A stretch of 64,000 bases of DNA from Methanocaldococcus sp. 16A (GCA_049860595.1 CP187551.1), one strand, 5' to 3'. Shown: positions 31,623 through 42,766, counted from the stretch's first letter. Numbers and translations are program-made. The notes: generated by a model not told the origin, from the sequence alone.

Positions 31623-31741
31623 ATTAAATAAATAAGTTTTTAAATTTCTAATACCTTCTAATTTTTTAAGGGAAAACTATTTATAAAAATTTTAGCAGAA
31701 ATAATCTACGTAATTAATTATTAAAATTTTGGGGGTTAAAT

Positions 31742-31999
31742 ATGTCAAAAGTAAAAATTGAACTCTTTACATCACCAATGTGTCCTCACTGTCCTGCAGC
31801 TAAAAGAGTTGTTGAAGAAGTAGCTAACGAAATGCCTGATGCTGTTGAAGTAGAATATATAAATGTTATGGAAAACCCACAAAAAGCTATGGAATATGGA
31901 ATAATGGCAGTACCAACAATAGTAATAAATGGAGAAGTTGAGTTTATTGGGGCTCCTACAAAAGAGGCATTAGTTGAAGCAATTAAGAAAAGGTTATAA
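31742..31999 (+). CDS. trx: Thioredoxin (MJ0307/Trx1-like)
   Basis: CPHC active site, MAVPTIVING. Confidence 0.93.
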   Translation: MSKVKIELFTSPMCPHCPAAKRVVEEVANEMPDAVEVEYINVMENPQKAMEYGIMAVPTIVINGEVEFIGAPTKEALVEAIKKRL

Positions 32000-32101
32000 T
32001 TTATTTTTTATTTATTTTTTAAGAATAATTGCTCAACACTCATTTTTTATATTTCTTTGAAGAGTTTTAGATTTTTTAGAATTTTTAAAAAAGGGAAATC
32101 T

Positions 32102-32287
32102 ATGAAGCTAAGAGTAATTTGCAAAGATGATAATTTTACAAACGACAATGAGCTTTGTATAAAATGTGAAGTATGTATTGGAAAAGACATAATGACAATA
32201 TTAGAATTATTAAAAGAAGAATATTCCATAAATGAAATTGAAATCCCAGATTGTGATAAGTTAAAAATAATCTTAGATTTGAATTAA
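32102..32287 (+). CDS. Small hypothetical protein
   Basis: 61 aa from ATG 32102 with AAGGG RBS; CxxCxxC cysteine cluster. Confidence 0.6.
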   Translation: MKLRVICKDDNFTNDNELCIKCEVCIGKDIMTILELLKEEYSINEIEIPDCDKLKIILDLN

Positions 32288-32316
32288 ACCTTTTTTCTTT
32301 TTTATTATATTTATAT

Positions 32317-33498
32317 TTAGAACCTTATATACTTGAATATTGTCTCTAATTTTGTCATTTGATATCCAATAACTGCTCCTATAGAAGCTGGAACTGCAAA
32401 ATCAAAGCCAAAAATCTCTGTACATAACACAGCTCCACCCAATGGAGCGTTTGTTGAAGCTGATAAAGAAGTGGCTATCCCTAAAACTATAAATGGGATT
32501 GGATTAACTCCAACTACAGAGCTAAATATCATTCCAGAAATTGCCCCTACACACATAGATGGAAACACTAATCCTCCAGGTACTCCAGAACCAACGGTAA
32601 ATGATGTTGCTAATATCTTCCCAATTAATATTAATATCAATAATTCTAAGGAAAATTTCATAAAAAATAAATCTTTTGTAAGTTCTAAACCCAAACCTAA
32701 AACTTCTGGAACAAAATATCCAATTGTAGCCACTAAAATTCCGCCAATTAATGTTTTAATGCAATAAGGGGCTTTAAAGTTATCAAAAGTTGCTGCTATT
32801 TTTCTGTAGGTTTTTATATAACAATATGATATAGCTGAGCAGAAAAATGATGCCAATAAAAACCAAATAAAATCAAATGGATGCACTGAATAAGGCAAAT
32901 AAACATCAAAGAGATGTTTTTTTCCAGTAATTAGATAGAAGATTATATAGCCTACAACACTTGCAATGATTGGAGGTAGTAAGTTGATATAATTAAAATT
33001 CTCATGCTCAATAATCTCACATGCTAATATGGCTGTTCCTAAAGGAGCGGCAAATGCTCCTCCCAACCCTCCAGCAATTCCTGTTATAATAACTAACTCT
33101 CTATTTTTTAGTTTTAATAATCTGTATAACTCATCAGCAAAAGATGCACTTGATTGCACGCAAGGCCCCTCTTTTCCAGCACTTCCTCCTACAGCAATAA
33201 TAGCCCCAGCTAACAAAATCTTTAAAAGCCCTTTTACCCAAGTTAATCTTTCATTAATATTTAAAGCTTTTAAAACTCTATCAATCCCAGAACCCTTTAA
33301 TTCATAAAAATAATCAACAAATAACCCAGCAATAAAAAATACCACTGGAATTAAAAAAATATTATGTTTTTCTGGAAAATACTCTATAATTATAGCCATA
33401 ATTACTGAACTTAAACCTCCAACAATACCTATTAATGATGCAATGCTAATCCATTTTATCATTTTTATTAATTTATTGAATACATTAACAATATTCAT
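32317..33498 (-). CDS. ClC family chloride channel/antiporter
   Basis: GSGI, GKEGP, GGLVFP signatures. Confidence 0.93.
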   Translation of the reverse strand: MNIVNVFNKLIKMIKWISIASLIGIVGGLSSVIMAIIIEYFPEKHNIFLIPVVFFIAGLFVDYFYELKGSGIDRVLKALNINERLTWVKGLLKILLAGAIIAVGGSAGKEGPCVQSSASFADELYRLLKLKNRELVIITGIAGGLGGAFAAPLGTAILACEIIEHENFNYINLLPPIIASVVGYIIFYLITGKKHLFDVYLPYSVHPFDFIWFLLASFFCSAISYCYIKTYRKIAATFDNFKAPYCIKTLIGGILVATIGYFVPEVLGLGLELTKDLFFMKFSLELLILILIGKILATSFTVGSGVPGGLVFPSMCVGAISGMIFSSVVGVNPIPFIVLGIATSLSASTNAPLGGAVLCTEIFGFDFAVPASIGAVIGYQMTKLETIFKYIRF

Positions 33499-33566
33499 AA
33501 ATATCATCAGGTAATAATTTTTAATAAATTATAAAGTTCATTATTTTTAAAATTTCTGGTGAAATA

Positions 33567-34037
33567 ATGATTTCAAAAAATGCAAGGATAGCTAAAGGGG
33601 CTGTAATTGTTGGAGATGTAAGTATTGGAGATTATACATCGGTGTGGTATAATGCTGTAATTAGGGGCGATGTTGATAAAATAATAATTGGAAAATACTC
33701 AAATATTCAAGATTGTTGTGTTATTCATTGCTCTAAAGGATATCCAACTATAATTGGAGATTATGTATCAATAGGTCATGGAGCAGTTATTCATGGTTGT
33801 AAGATTGAGAATAATGTCTTAGTAGGAATGAACGCTACAATATTGAATGGAGCAAAGATTGGAGAAAATTGTATAATTGGTGCTAACGCATTAGTTACTC
33901 AAAATAAGGAGATTCCACCAAATAGCTTAGTTTTAGGAGTTCCTGGTAGAGTAGTTAGAGAACTTACAGAAGAAGAAATTAAAAGTATAAAAGAAAATGC
34001 ATTGAGATATGTTAAGTTATCTGAATCATTGCTATAA
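33567..34037 (+). CDS. Gamma-carbonic anhydrase family hexapeptide-repeat protein
   Basis: RGD, NIQD, three His ligands (IH..GH.AVIH). Confidence 0.9.
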   Translation: MISKNARIAKGAVIVGDVSIGDYTSVWYNAVIRGDVDKIIIGKYSNIQDCCVIHCSKGYPTIIGDYVSIGHGAVIHGCKIENNVLVGMNATILNGAKIGENCIIGANALVTQNKEIPPNSLVLGVPGRVVRELTEEEIKSIKENALRYVKLSESLL

Positions 34038-34117
34038 CAATCTACAAAAGCACAAAAATTTAAATAATTTAAATTCAAATGAATAAAGTGGATATCAAAT
34101 TTTATAAGGTGAGGAGT

Positions 34118-34534
34118 ATGGTAAATCTTGGATTTGTAATTGCTGAATTTAATAGAGATATAACATACATGATGGAAAAAGTTGCTGAAGAACATGCTGA
34201 ATTCTTAGGAGCTACTGTAAAATATAAAATCGTTGTTCCTGGAGTTTTTGACATACCATTAGCTGTAAAAAAATTGTTAGAGAAAGATGATGTTGATGCA
34301 GTAGTAACAATTGGATGTGTTATTGAAGGAGAGACAGAGCATGACGAAATAGTTGTTCACAATGCAGCGAGAAAAATAGCAGATTTAGCTCTACAATATG
34401 ATAAACCAGTAACTCTTGGAATTTCAGGACCAGGGATGACAAGATTACAAGCTCAAGAAAGAGTAGATTATGGTAAGAGGGCTGTTGAAGCAGCTGTTAA
34501 AATGGTTAAAAGATTGAAGGCGTTAGAAGAATAA
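34118..34534 (+). CDS. ribH: 6,7-dimethyl-8-ribityllumazine synthase
   Basis: [22 protein letters not shown]. Confidence 0.95.
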   Translation: MVNLGFVIAEFNRDITYMMEKVAEEHAEFLGATVKYKIVVPGVFDIPLAVKKLLEKDDVDAVVTIGCVIEGETEHDEIVVHNAARKIADLALQYDKPVTLGISGPGMTRLQAQERVDYGKRAVEAAVKMVKRLKALEE

Positions 34535-34544
34535 AGGGATATCT

Positions 34545-34832
34545 ATGATTTTAGAAGAAGTTTATGAAACCATAAAACAAAGAATTAAGGAAAAGCCAGA
34601 AAATTCTTATGTAGCAAAGCTAACAACTGATGATAAAAAACCTGCAATAAATAAAATCTGTGAGAAAATTGGAGAGGAAGCAACAGAATTGATTTTAGCA
34701 GCTAAAGATAACAAAAAAAATGAGATTATTTATGAAGCAGCTGATTTGATATTCCATACAATGGTGTTATTAGCTTACAAAGAGATAGAGTTTGAGGAAT
34801 TGTTGAAAGAATTTGAAAGAAGAAAAAAGTAA
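34545..34832 (+). CDS. hisE: Phosphoribosyl-ATP pyrophosphatase
   Basis: [23 protein letters not shown]. Confidence 0.95.
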   Translation: MILEEVYETIKQRIKEKPENSYVAKLTTDDKKPAINKICEKIGEEATELILAAKDNKKNEIIYEAADLIFHTMVLLAYKEIEFEELLKEFERRKK

Positions 34833-34902
34833 TTGTCCTATTTTTTAGTTAGTCTAGTTAATTAAATAAATTTTTTAAAATTTTTTTAAAATAAATAAAA
34901 AA

Positions 34903-35793
34903 TTAGATTTTTGTAACAAACTCCCAAAATGATTTAACTGCACTTGGATTTTTAGGTCTTCTACTTTTAACTAAATATAGGTATCTTACAACATCCAAAT
35001 CTACAACTGGAACTATTTTAACTAAACCAGCATCTTCTGCCTTTTTAGCTGGGATTTCGGAAACAACGCTAACTCCATAACCTTCAGAAACCGCAGTAAT
35101 AACTGCTGAATGACTACCTAATCTCATTACAACATTTAAATCCATTATTGAATATCCTTTCTCATTTAATGCTTTAATAAACGCCTCTCTTGTTCCAGAA
35201 CCTTCTTCTCTATCTATGTAGTCCTCTTTAAGTATATCTTCAAGCTTAGCATAACCTTTCTCTGCAAGTGGATGATTTGGTGGGACAATTAAAACTAATC
35301 TATCCTTACCTATAATTGTGTATTCATAATTCTTATTTTTTAGATAGCCAACAGCTGCTATATCTGCTAATCCCTCATCTAATGCCTTAAAACATCTCTC
35401 AGAGTCAGTTATTGTAATCTCAAAATCCACATTTTTATATGAGCTTTTATATTCTTTAATAATTGAAGGTAGAATGTGTTCTCCAGGAGTAGTTGAAGCA
35501 TAGATTCTAATAATCCCTTCAGGATTTTCGTGTATAGCTTTCATCAACAATTTTGCCTCATTCAACAAATCTAAAATCTTTTCAGCCCTCTCATAAAATA
35601 TCTTTCCTTCTGGTGTTAAATCAACACCTTCTGGAGTTCTTAAAAAAAGCTGAGCATCAAAATATTTTTCAAGTGCTGATATGTGGTTGCTAACGGTTCC
35701 TTGAGTTATTCCCAATCTTTTAGCTGCTTTAGAAAAACTTTTTGTTTTACTAGCAACTATGAATGTTTGGAAGTAACTTATTTTTGGGTCCAT
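34903..35793 (-). CDS. LysR family regulator (selenium-associated, HrsM-like)
   Basis: SFSKAAKRLGITQGTVS HTH; ASTTPGE and REEGSGTR CysL-like substrate domain. Confidence 0.9.
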   Translation of the reverse strand: MDPKISYFQTFIVASKTKSFSKAAKRLGITQGTVSNHISALEKYFDAQLFLRTPEGVDLTPEGKIFYERAEKILDLLNEAKLLMKAIHENPEGIIRIYASTTPGEHILPSIIKEYKSSYKNVDFEITITDSERCFKALDEGLADIAAVGYLKNKNYEYTIIGKDRLVLIVPPNHPLAEKGYAKLEDILKEDYIDREEGSGTREAFIKALNEKGYSIMDLNVVMRLGSHSAVITAVSEGYGVSVVSEIPAKKAEDAGLVKIVPVVDLDVVRYLYLVKSRRPKNPSAVKSFWEFVTKI

Positions 35794-35944
35794 ATTATCA
35801 CCTATTTATTTAATCCCTATTAGATTAACTAATAGTTCCTATATATAAAGTTAATGCGCAAATATCGGAGAAATAAAGTTAAGTTTATATACTAATTATC
35901 TAAAATGTTAAGACTATTAATGATAAAATTATGTGGTGATTTGG

Positions 35945-37105
35945 ATGGAAAATAATAAAGTAACAATCAGTGTTATAAAGGCAGATGTTGGAGGATTATG
36001 TGGGCACACATTAGCACCAGACGAGTTATTAGAGGCATGTGAGGCAGTTTTAGAGGAGGCTGTTGATGAGATAATATTAGATTATTACGTTACAAGATGT
36101 GGGGATGACATTGATTTAATTATGAGCCATAAATTAGGTTGTGATAATGAAAAAGTCCATGGTTTGGCGTGGAAAGCTTTTGAAGAAGCAACAAAAATAG
36201 CTAAAGAATTAAAATTATATGGAGCAGGGCAAGATTTATTATCTGATAGTTTTTCAGGAAACGTTAGAGGAATGGGTCCAGGATGTGCAGAGATGGAATT
36301 CGTTGAGAGAAAAAGTGAGCCAATAGTTGTTTTCTGTTGCGATAAAACAGACCCAACAGCATTTAACTATCCATTATTTAAGATGTTTGCAGACCCATTC
36401 AACACAGCTGGTTTAGTTTTCGACCCTTCAATGATTTCAGGATTTAGATTTGAAGTTCATGATGTTGTTGGACATAAAAAGGTCTTTTTAGATACACCAG
36501 AAGAGATGTATATGCTCTTAGCTTTAATTGGCGATTATGAGAAGTATGCAATTAAGAGAATTTATAGAAGAAGAGATAATGAAATAGCTGCTGTTGTTAG
36601 TACTGAAAAATTAAACTACATAGCTGGAGAGTATGTTGGTAAAGATGACCCAGTAGCTATTGTTAGAGCTCAGAGTGGATTCCCAGCAGTTGGAGAGGTT
36701 TTAGAGCCATTTGCTAACCCACACTTTGTCCCTGGATGGATGAGAGGTAGCCATTGGGGGCCGTTAATGCCAGTTGGAGAAGAAGATGCAACTCCTACAA
36801 GATTTGATGGGCCAGCAAGAATTATTGCTCTTGGATTCCAAGTTTGTGATGGAATGTTAATTGGGCCAAATGACTTATTTGCAGATAAGGGCTTTGATAA
36901 AGCAAGAGAGAAAGCTTTAGAAATGGCAGACATTATAAGAAGAATGGGACCATTCCAACCACACAGATTGCCTGCAACAATGATGGAATACACAACAGTT
37001 CCAAAGGTCTTAGAAGCATTGGAGGATAGATTTATTCCTTTAGAAGGTTTAGAGTTGATAGAAGAAGGAGGAATTACAAGAAAAGATAGAGGAGATGTAG
37101 AATAA
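35945..37105 (+). CDS. fbp: Fructose-1,6-bisphosphate aldolase/phosphatase
   Basis: IKADVG, LYGAGQDLL, GKDDPV, GWMRGSH. Confidence 0.96.
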   Translation: MENNKVTISVIKADVGGLCGHTLAPDELLEACEAVLEEAVDEIILDYYVTRCGDDIDLIMSHKLGCDNEKVHGLAWKAFEEATKIAKELKLYGAGQDLLSDSFSGNVRGMGPGCAEMEFVERKSEPIVVFCCDKTDPTAFNYPLFKMFADPFNTAGLVFDPSMISGFRFEVHDVVGHKKVFLDTPEEMYMLLALIGDYEKYAIKRIYRRRDNEIAAVVSTEKLNYIAGEYVGKDDPVAIVRAQSGFPAVGEVLEPFANPHFVPGWMRGSHWGPLMPVGEEDATPTRFDGPARIIALGFQVCDGMLIGPNDLFADKGFDKAREKALEMADIIRRMGPFQPHRLPATMMEYTTVPKVLEALEDRFIPLEGLELIEEGGITRKDRGDVE

Positions 37106-37663
37106 TTAAATAAGTTCTTCTTTATAAACAATTCCCTCATGTCCTGTAATTACATTTTTTCTCAGCTCTCTAATCTTTTTTAAACTCTCTAAGGCTAATT
37201 TTTCATCTACATTTAACCTTGGAGGAATCATTTTTAGAATATTATTTTTTAGAGGGGAAGCATCTCCAACAATAATATAATCTTTATAAATTACTGAAAT
37301 ACTACCATAAGTATGTCCAGGAGTTTCAATAATCTCAATCTCTTTATCTCTAAATTTTTTAAAATCTTCAAAATTATCATTAAATCCAAACTCTTTTGGT
37401 GAGGCATAAAATGTAGCGTTTTTAAATATTGAATTGTTTTCTATGTGGTCATAATGGAGATGTGTATTTATAACTACATCTATATCATTTGGAGATAGAT
37501 TCAGTTCAGATAAACCTTTAATAATAATATTTTCCATATCTTTTGATGAAGTATCAACAATTATATTGTTGTAGTCTGTAATAATTAACGTTGATGAAGA
37601 TGATGCTTTCTTAATTATCCCATTTTCTCTGATTAAAATTCCCTCATATAGAAGTTTTATCAT
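37106..37663 (-). CDS. MBL-fold metallo-hydrolase
   Basis: THLHYDH, TPGHT, GDA, GH motifs. Confidence 0.9.
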   Translation of the reverse strand: MIKLLYEGILIRENGIIKKASSSSTLIITDYNNIIVDTSSKDMENIIIKGLSELNLSPNDIDVVINTHLHYDHIENNSIFKNATFYASPKEFGFNDNFEDFKKFRDKEIEIIETPGHTYGSISVIYKDYIIVGDASPLKNNILKMIPPRLNVDEKLALESLKKIRELRKNVITGHEGIVYKEELI

Positions 37664-37725
37664 AATTTCACCTATTACGTAAAACATAAAAGTTAAATAT
37701 TATAAAATTTATCTTAATTTATTAA

Positions 37726-37821
37726 TATAGAACCTTCGCAGTTTATATATTAAATTTGGAACTTTGACATCTTTAGGTGTCTATATCCAATGAATATATC
37801 TATTCCTGCGAAAGTCCTATA
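37726..37821. mobile_element. Family A palindromic element
   Basis: TATAGAACCTTCGCAG ... CTGCGAAAGTCCTATA; central GACATC-TTTA-GGTGTC hairpin. Confidence 0.82.
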
Positions 37822-37852
37822 ATATTTATTAGTTCTATGGGGGAGGGGATTA

Positions 37853-39457
37853 ATGAATGCTATTCAGAAGATACTATTAATTTTTATTATAATATTATTT
37901 TATACTTTTAATCAAAGTTTTGGAGTGAATGTAACTATTACACTTGGTGATAATGCATATATTAAAATAACCTCTGAAAAAAATATATCCTCAACAGTAA
38001 ATAAACTCAATCTTTCTAAGATAGACTTTGAACATAATGATGATAAATATATATGGTATTTAAAAACAAACTGGAACAAGAAAACCTTTATTTATAACTT
38101 CTCACCTTTATATAAAATTGGTAAATTTAATTATTCTGTTGAATGTGACAAATATCTTTTAATAAAAAATGAATCTTTTAAAAATGGTGTTTTAAGGGTA
38201 GATACTCAACTGAATTACAAAACTATCTTTTTAGGATTGACATTGTTTATTTTTCTTCCAATATTTGGAGCTGTGATTATAACTATTATTATAAAAAGAA
38301 TGCTAAGAAAAAAACCAAAAACTTTAGAAGATAAAATTACAAAAAATAAAAAAATAGCACTCGTTTATATGTCGTATTGGATTGTAATTGTAGTTGGATT
38401 TATATTGTCATTGTTCTTATGTGACATTCCATCATTAATAGCTTATTTCACAGGAATATCTTTGGATAATGTATTCTATATATTAATAATCATTTTTGTA
38501 ATAGAGATGTTTTTACCAACAATTTTGATTTTAAAGTATCTATTTAAATTTAACAACAAAAAAATAGATAGAAAAGAATATTTTAAGTCAATAGGTGTAA
38601 TTATATTACCTTGGATATTGGGATTTTTGGGAATTATGGTGTTGAGTAATATAATCTTATTTGAATTTGGAAAAATACTAAGTGAGTTTCCTCATCCTAT
38701 TAGAATTGCTTTCTGGATGTTTATAGGATATGTATCATTTGATATGGCATGGAAAATTATTAAAAGATATGTTTTAAAGCCAGAATATGTGGTGAATAAT
38801 GAAATTATTGAGATGGTTAATGATTTAATAAAAAAACTTAACGCAAAACCATTTAAAGAGATAAAAATCATAAAAAATGATGATATGGCAAATGCTATGG
38901 TTTCTGGATTTTTCAATGAAAAACTAATATTAACTACAAAATTAATTGATATCCTAACAAAAGATGAATTAAAATCTATTATTGCTCATGAGATTGCTCA
39001 TAAGAAGAAAAATCATACAAAACAGATGACATTTGTATGGTTTATTGTAGGAATTTTAATGTTTAGCTCATTTCCATATATTATAGATATTACAAAAAAT
39101 ATTTTTGGAGATCATTGGTATGTGGGTGTTATTATAATAATATCTCTATATCTATTATCCATTATTGGGGATAGATATTTCTCAAAAAGATTAGAGAGAG
39201 AAGCAGATATTATAGCTGCAAAAATAATAAATCCAGAGATATACATTAAAGCGTTGTCAAAGCTACATTATGCCAACTATATTCCAAAAGAGGGTATATT
39301 TAATATAATCTCAACTCATCCTCCTTTAATAAAAAGAATTAAATATATCCAAAAAGAATTAAATATCCCAGAGGATAAAATTAAGAACATTTTGGATGAA
39401 GCATATAAGGAGATTATGAGATTAGATAAGACTGAAGAGGATGTGTCTTATGATTAG
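37853..39457 (+). CDS. M48 family membrane zinc metalloprotease with long N-terminal extension
   Basis: ANAM, HEIAH (HExxH), EREAD, THPP; multiple TM segments. Confidence 0.88.
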   Translation: MNAIQKILLIFIIILFYTFNQSFGVNVTITLGDNAYIKITSEKNISSTVNKLNLSKIDFEHNDDKYIWYLKTNWNKKTFIYNFSPLYKIGKFNYSVECDKYLLIKNESFKNGVLRVDTQLNYKTIFLGLTLFIFLPIFGAVIITIIIKRMLRKKPKTLEDKITKNKKIALVYMSYWIVIVVGFILSLFLCDIPSLIAYFTGISLDNVFYILIIIFVIEMFLPTILILKYLFKFNNKKIDRKEYFKSIGVIILPWILGFLGIMVLSNIILFEFGKILSEFPHPIRIAFWMFIGYVSFDMAWKIIKRYVLKPEYVVNNEIIEMVNDLIKKLNAKPFKEIKIIKNDDMANAMVSGFFNEKLILTTKLIDILTKDELKSIIAHEIAHKKKNHTKQMTFVWFIVGILMFSSFPYIIDITKNIFGDHWYVGVIIIISLYLLSIIGDRYFSKRLEREADIIAAKIINPEIYIKALSKLHYANYIPKEGIFNIISTHPPLIKRIKYIQKELNIPEDKIKNILDEAYKEIMRLDKTEEDVSYD

Positions 39458-40127
39458 AAAGGTAAAAATAAAAAAATTTGATGGTAAAAATTTTTATGAT
39501 ATGGAAGATTACGTAGCTGTTGAAGAAGCCTATAGCATTTTTATCAATGGAGAATTTGTTAAATCACTCACATTATCTCCAAATTTTTTAAATGAATTTG
39601 GAGTAGGATTTGCTATAAGTGAAGGGTTTTTAAAGAAAGTTGATAAAGTTGAAGTTGATAATAACAACATATACATCTTTGGAGAAAAAAATGAAAATGA
39701 TAAAGAAATTAAAAATAATAAAGAAATAAAAATAGACATTGAAATTATCAAAAAAATAATTTCTTATGAATTAAAAGCTAAATACTGGGAAATAACTGGA
39801 AGCTTCCACTGGGCTTCAATGTTTGATTTGAAAGGGAATAAAATAATTTTTGTTGAAGATATTGGGAGGCATAATGCAGTTGATAAAGTTATCGGCTATG
39901 CGATATTAAACAATTACAACTTAAATGAGCTAATATTAAGATATAGTGGAAGAATACCTTACGAAATCGTTAAAAAAGCTGTAAATAGTGGTTTGAATAT
40001 CATTATTTCAAAATCCCCACCAACAGATAAAGCTATTAATTTAGCAGAAGAACATGGCATATTGTTAATAGGATTTGCAAGAAATGGGAAATTTAACATT
40101 TATACTGGGGGATTATGGGAAGAGTAG
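39450..40127 (+). CDS. fdhD: Formate dehydrogenase accessory sulfurtransferase
   Basis: TGSFH, EDIGRHNAVDKVIG, SGR, LIGFAR. Confidence 0.93.
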   Translation: MIRKVKIKKFDGKNFYDMEDYVAVEEAYSIFINGEFVKSLTLSPNFLNEFGVGFAISEGFLKKVDKVEVDNNNIYIFGEKNENDKEIKNNKEIKIDIEIIKKIISYELKAKYWEITGSFHWASMFDLKGNKIIFVEDIGRHNAVDKVIGYAILNNYNLNELILRYSGRIPYEIVKKAVNSGLNIIISKSPPTDKAINLAEEHGILLIGFARNGKFNIYTGGLWEE

Positions 40128-42646
40128 AGTATTTAAAAAAAGAGTATTCTGATGAAGAAATTTATGAAATCTTAGAAGAGCCTGTAAAAGAATGGTTTAA
40201 AAGGAAGTATAAAACTTTTACACCACCACAAAGATATGCTATCAAAGAAATTCATGAAGGGAAGAATGTTTTAATTTGCTCACCAACTGGGAGTGGAAAG
40301 ACCTTATCAGCTTTTTTAGCAGGAATAAATGAGTTGATAAAATTATCAATGGAAAATAAATTGGAAGATAGGATATATATTTTATATGTATCCCCACTAA
40401 GGGCACTAAATAATGATATTGAAAGAAACTTAAAAGAGCCATTAAAAGAGATTTATGAAGTTGCTAAAGAGCTAAATATAGAGTTGGATGAAATTAGGGT
40501 GGCTGTAAGAACAAGTGACACAACAAGCTCGCAAAAGCAAAAAATGCTAAAAAAACCTCCTCATATTTTAATAACTACTCCAGAATCTTTAGCTATAGCT
40601 CTAAACTCACCAAAATTCTCAAAATTGTTAGAAGGAATTAAATATGTGATAGTTGATGAAATCCATGCTTTAACAAATAAAAGAGGAGTTCATCTCTCAC
40701 TTTCATTAGAAAGGTTGAATAGAATTGCCAATTTTATAAGAATTGGTTTATCAGCAACTATTCATCCATTAACTGAAGTTGCCAAATTTTTAGTAGGTAA
40801 TGAGAGAGATTGCTATATTGTAGATGTTAGTTATAAAAAAGAAATTGAAATAAAGGTTATCTCTCCTGTTGATGATTTCATCTACACTCCTTCAGAGGAG
40901 ATTAGTAAAAAGCTCTATAGCTTATTAAAAAAACTCATAGAAGAGCATAAAACAACTTTGATATTTACAAACACAAGAAGTGCTACTGAGAGAGTTGCAT
41001 TTCATTTAAAGCAGTTGGGAGTTAAAAAAATTGAAACTCATCACTCATCTTTAAGTAGAGAGCATAGGTTAGAAGTTGAGGAGAAATTAAAAAAAGGAGA
41101 ACTGTCATGTGTTATTAGCTCGACATCATTAGAGTTAGGTATAGATATTGGAAGTATTGACTTGGTTATTTTGTTAGGTTCACCTAAAAGTGTTTCAAGG
41201 GCTTTACAAAGAATTGGTAGAAGTGGGCATAGATTGCATGAGAAAAGTAAAGGGATTATAATTCCATTTGATAGAGATGATTTGGTAGAGAATGTTGTTT
41301 TATGTTATAATGCAAAAATTGGAAGAATTGATAGAGTTCATATTCCAAAAAACTGTTTGGATGTTTTAGCTCAACATTTGGTTGGAATGGCATTAGAGAA
41401 AGTTTGGGATATTGAGGAGGCTTATAATTTAATTAAAAAAGCCTATCCATATAAAGATTTAAGTAAAGAAGATTTCTTAGATGTTTTAAATTACTTGGCT
41501 GGAGGGATAGAGGAGAAAAATGTCTATGCAAAGATTTGGCTTAAAGATAATAAATTTGGAAAGAGAGGGAAAAGTGTTAGGGCTATATATTATATGAACA
41601 TTGGAACAATTCCAGATGAAACATCAGTGGCTGTATATGAAAATAATAGATATATTGGAGAGGTTGAGGAGGAGTTTGCAGAAAAATTAATGAGAGGAGA
41701 TATTTTTGTTTTGGGAGGAAAAACATATAAATATTTAGGAGGGAGGGGGAATAAAATAAGAGTTAAGGAAGTTTTTGATGAAAAACCAACTATTCCAGCA
41801 TGGTTTTCTGAGCAGTTACCATTAGCCTATGATTTGGCATTAGATATTGAAAAATTTAGGAAAGAGGTTTTGGATGCAGATATTGAGTATATTATGAAAA
41901 AATATGACATAGATGAAAAAACAGCTAAGGCAATTAAAAATTATATAGAGGAACAAAATAAATTTGCAATAGTGCCTGATGATGAGAAAATGCTAATAGA
42001 GAGTTTTGATGAGGAAAAGAGAAGATATTACATATTCCACTTTGTAGCTGGGAGGAAGGCTAATGAAGCATTAGCAAGAGCTTTCGCTAATTATATATCA
42101 AAAATAAAGAAATGCAACGTTAGAATTTCAGTAAATGATTATGGCTTTGCCTTAATACTACCTAAAAACAGAAAGATAAAAAGAAATGACTTAACTGAAC
42201 TCTTCAACTTAGATATTGTTAAAAATGTAAAAGAAAGTATAGAGAGAAGTGAAATTTTAAAGAGAAGGTTTAGGCATGTTGCTACAAGGGGCTTTATGAT
42301 TTTGAGAAAGTATATGAATAGAAAAATTAGCGTTGATAGACAGCAGTTTAATGCTGAAATGCTTTTAAAATACTGCAAGGAGGTTAATCATCCTTTATAT
42401 AGAGAAACTTTGAGAGAAATTTTAGAGGATTGCTTAGATATTGACAATGCCTTAGATTATTTTGAAAAAATTAAGAGGAGAAAAATTTATTATTTAGAGT
42501 TGCCTTCACCTTCGCCATTTGCATTTAATTTGGTTGTTTCGGCTTCATCAGATATAGTGTTTATGGAAGATAAGAAGAAAATGATAGCAGAGTTGCATAA
42601 GAAAGTTATGGAATTCATTTCAATGAAAGAGAAAATAAAGAAATAA
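40115..42646 (+). CDS. lhr: ATP-dependent helicase, Lhr-like (archaeal Lhr2-type core)
   Basis: PTGSGKT, DEIH, SAT, QRIGRSGH, IGTIPDE. Confidence 0.9.
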   Translation: MGRVEYLKKEYSDEEIYEILEEPVKEWFKRKYKTFTPPQRYAIKEIHEGKNVLICSPTGSGKTLSAFLAGINELIKLSMENKLEDRIYILYVSPLRALNNDIERNLKEPLKEIYEVAKELNIELDEIRVAVRTSDTTSSQKQKMLKKPPHILITTPESLAIALNSPKFSKLLEGIKYVIVDEIHALTNKRGVHLSLSLERLNRIANFIRIGLSATIHPLTEVAKFLVGNERDCYIVDVSYKKEIEIKVISPVDDFIYTPSEEISKKLYSLLKKLIEEHKTTLIFTNTRSATERVAFHLKQLGVKKIETHHSSLSREHRLEVEEKLKKGELSCVISSTSLELGIDIGSIDLVILLGSPKSVSRALQRIGRSGHRLHEKSKGIIIPFDRDDLVENVVLCYNAKIGRIDRVHIPKNCLDVLAQHLVGMALEKVWDIEEAYNLIKKAYPYKDLSKEDFLDVLNYLAGGIEEKNVYAKIWLKDNKFGKRGKSVRAIYYMNIGTIPDETSVAVYENNRYIGEVEEEFAEKLMRGDIFVLGGKTYKYLGGRGNKIRVKEVFDEKPTIPAWFSEQLPLAYDLALDIEKFRKEVLDADIEYIMKKYDIDEKTAKAIKNYIEEQNKFAIVPDDEKMLIESFDEEKRRYYIFHFVAGRKANEALARAFANYISKIKKCNVRISVNDYGFALILPKNRKIKRNDLTELFNLDIVKNVKESIERSEILKRRFRHVATRGFMILRKYMNRKISVDRQQFNAEMLLKYCKEVNHPLYRETLREILEDCLDIDNALDYFEKIKRRKIYYLELPSPSPFAFNLVVSASSDIVFMEDKKKMIAELHKKVMEFISMKEKIKK

Positions 42647-42651
42647 TTTAT

Positions 42652-42713
42652 TATGGACTTTTACAGTTTATATATAAATTAAGATATTTATGTTATGATA
42701 CCAAAGTCCTATA
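42652..42713. repeat. Family A element, decayed and internally deleted
   Basis: ATGGACTTTTACAGTTTATATAT ... AAAGTCCTAT. Confidence 0.6.
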
Positions 42714-42766
42714 TGATAACATTAGATTTATATACTTTAAAATCCTATCTTCCATTAACTATTTTT

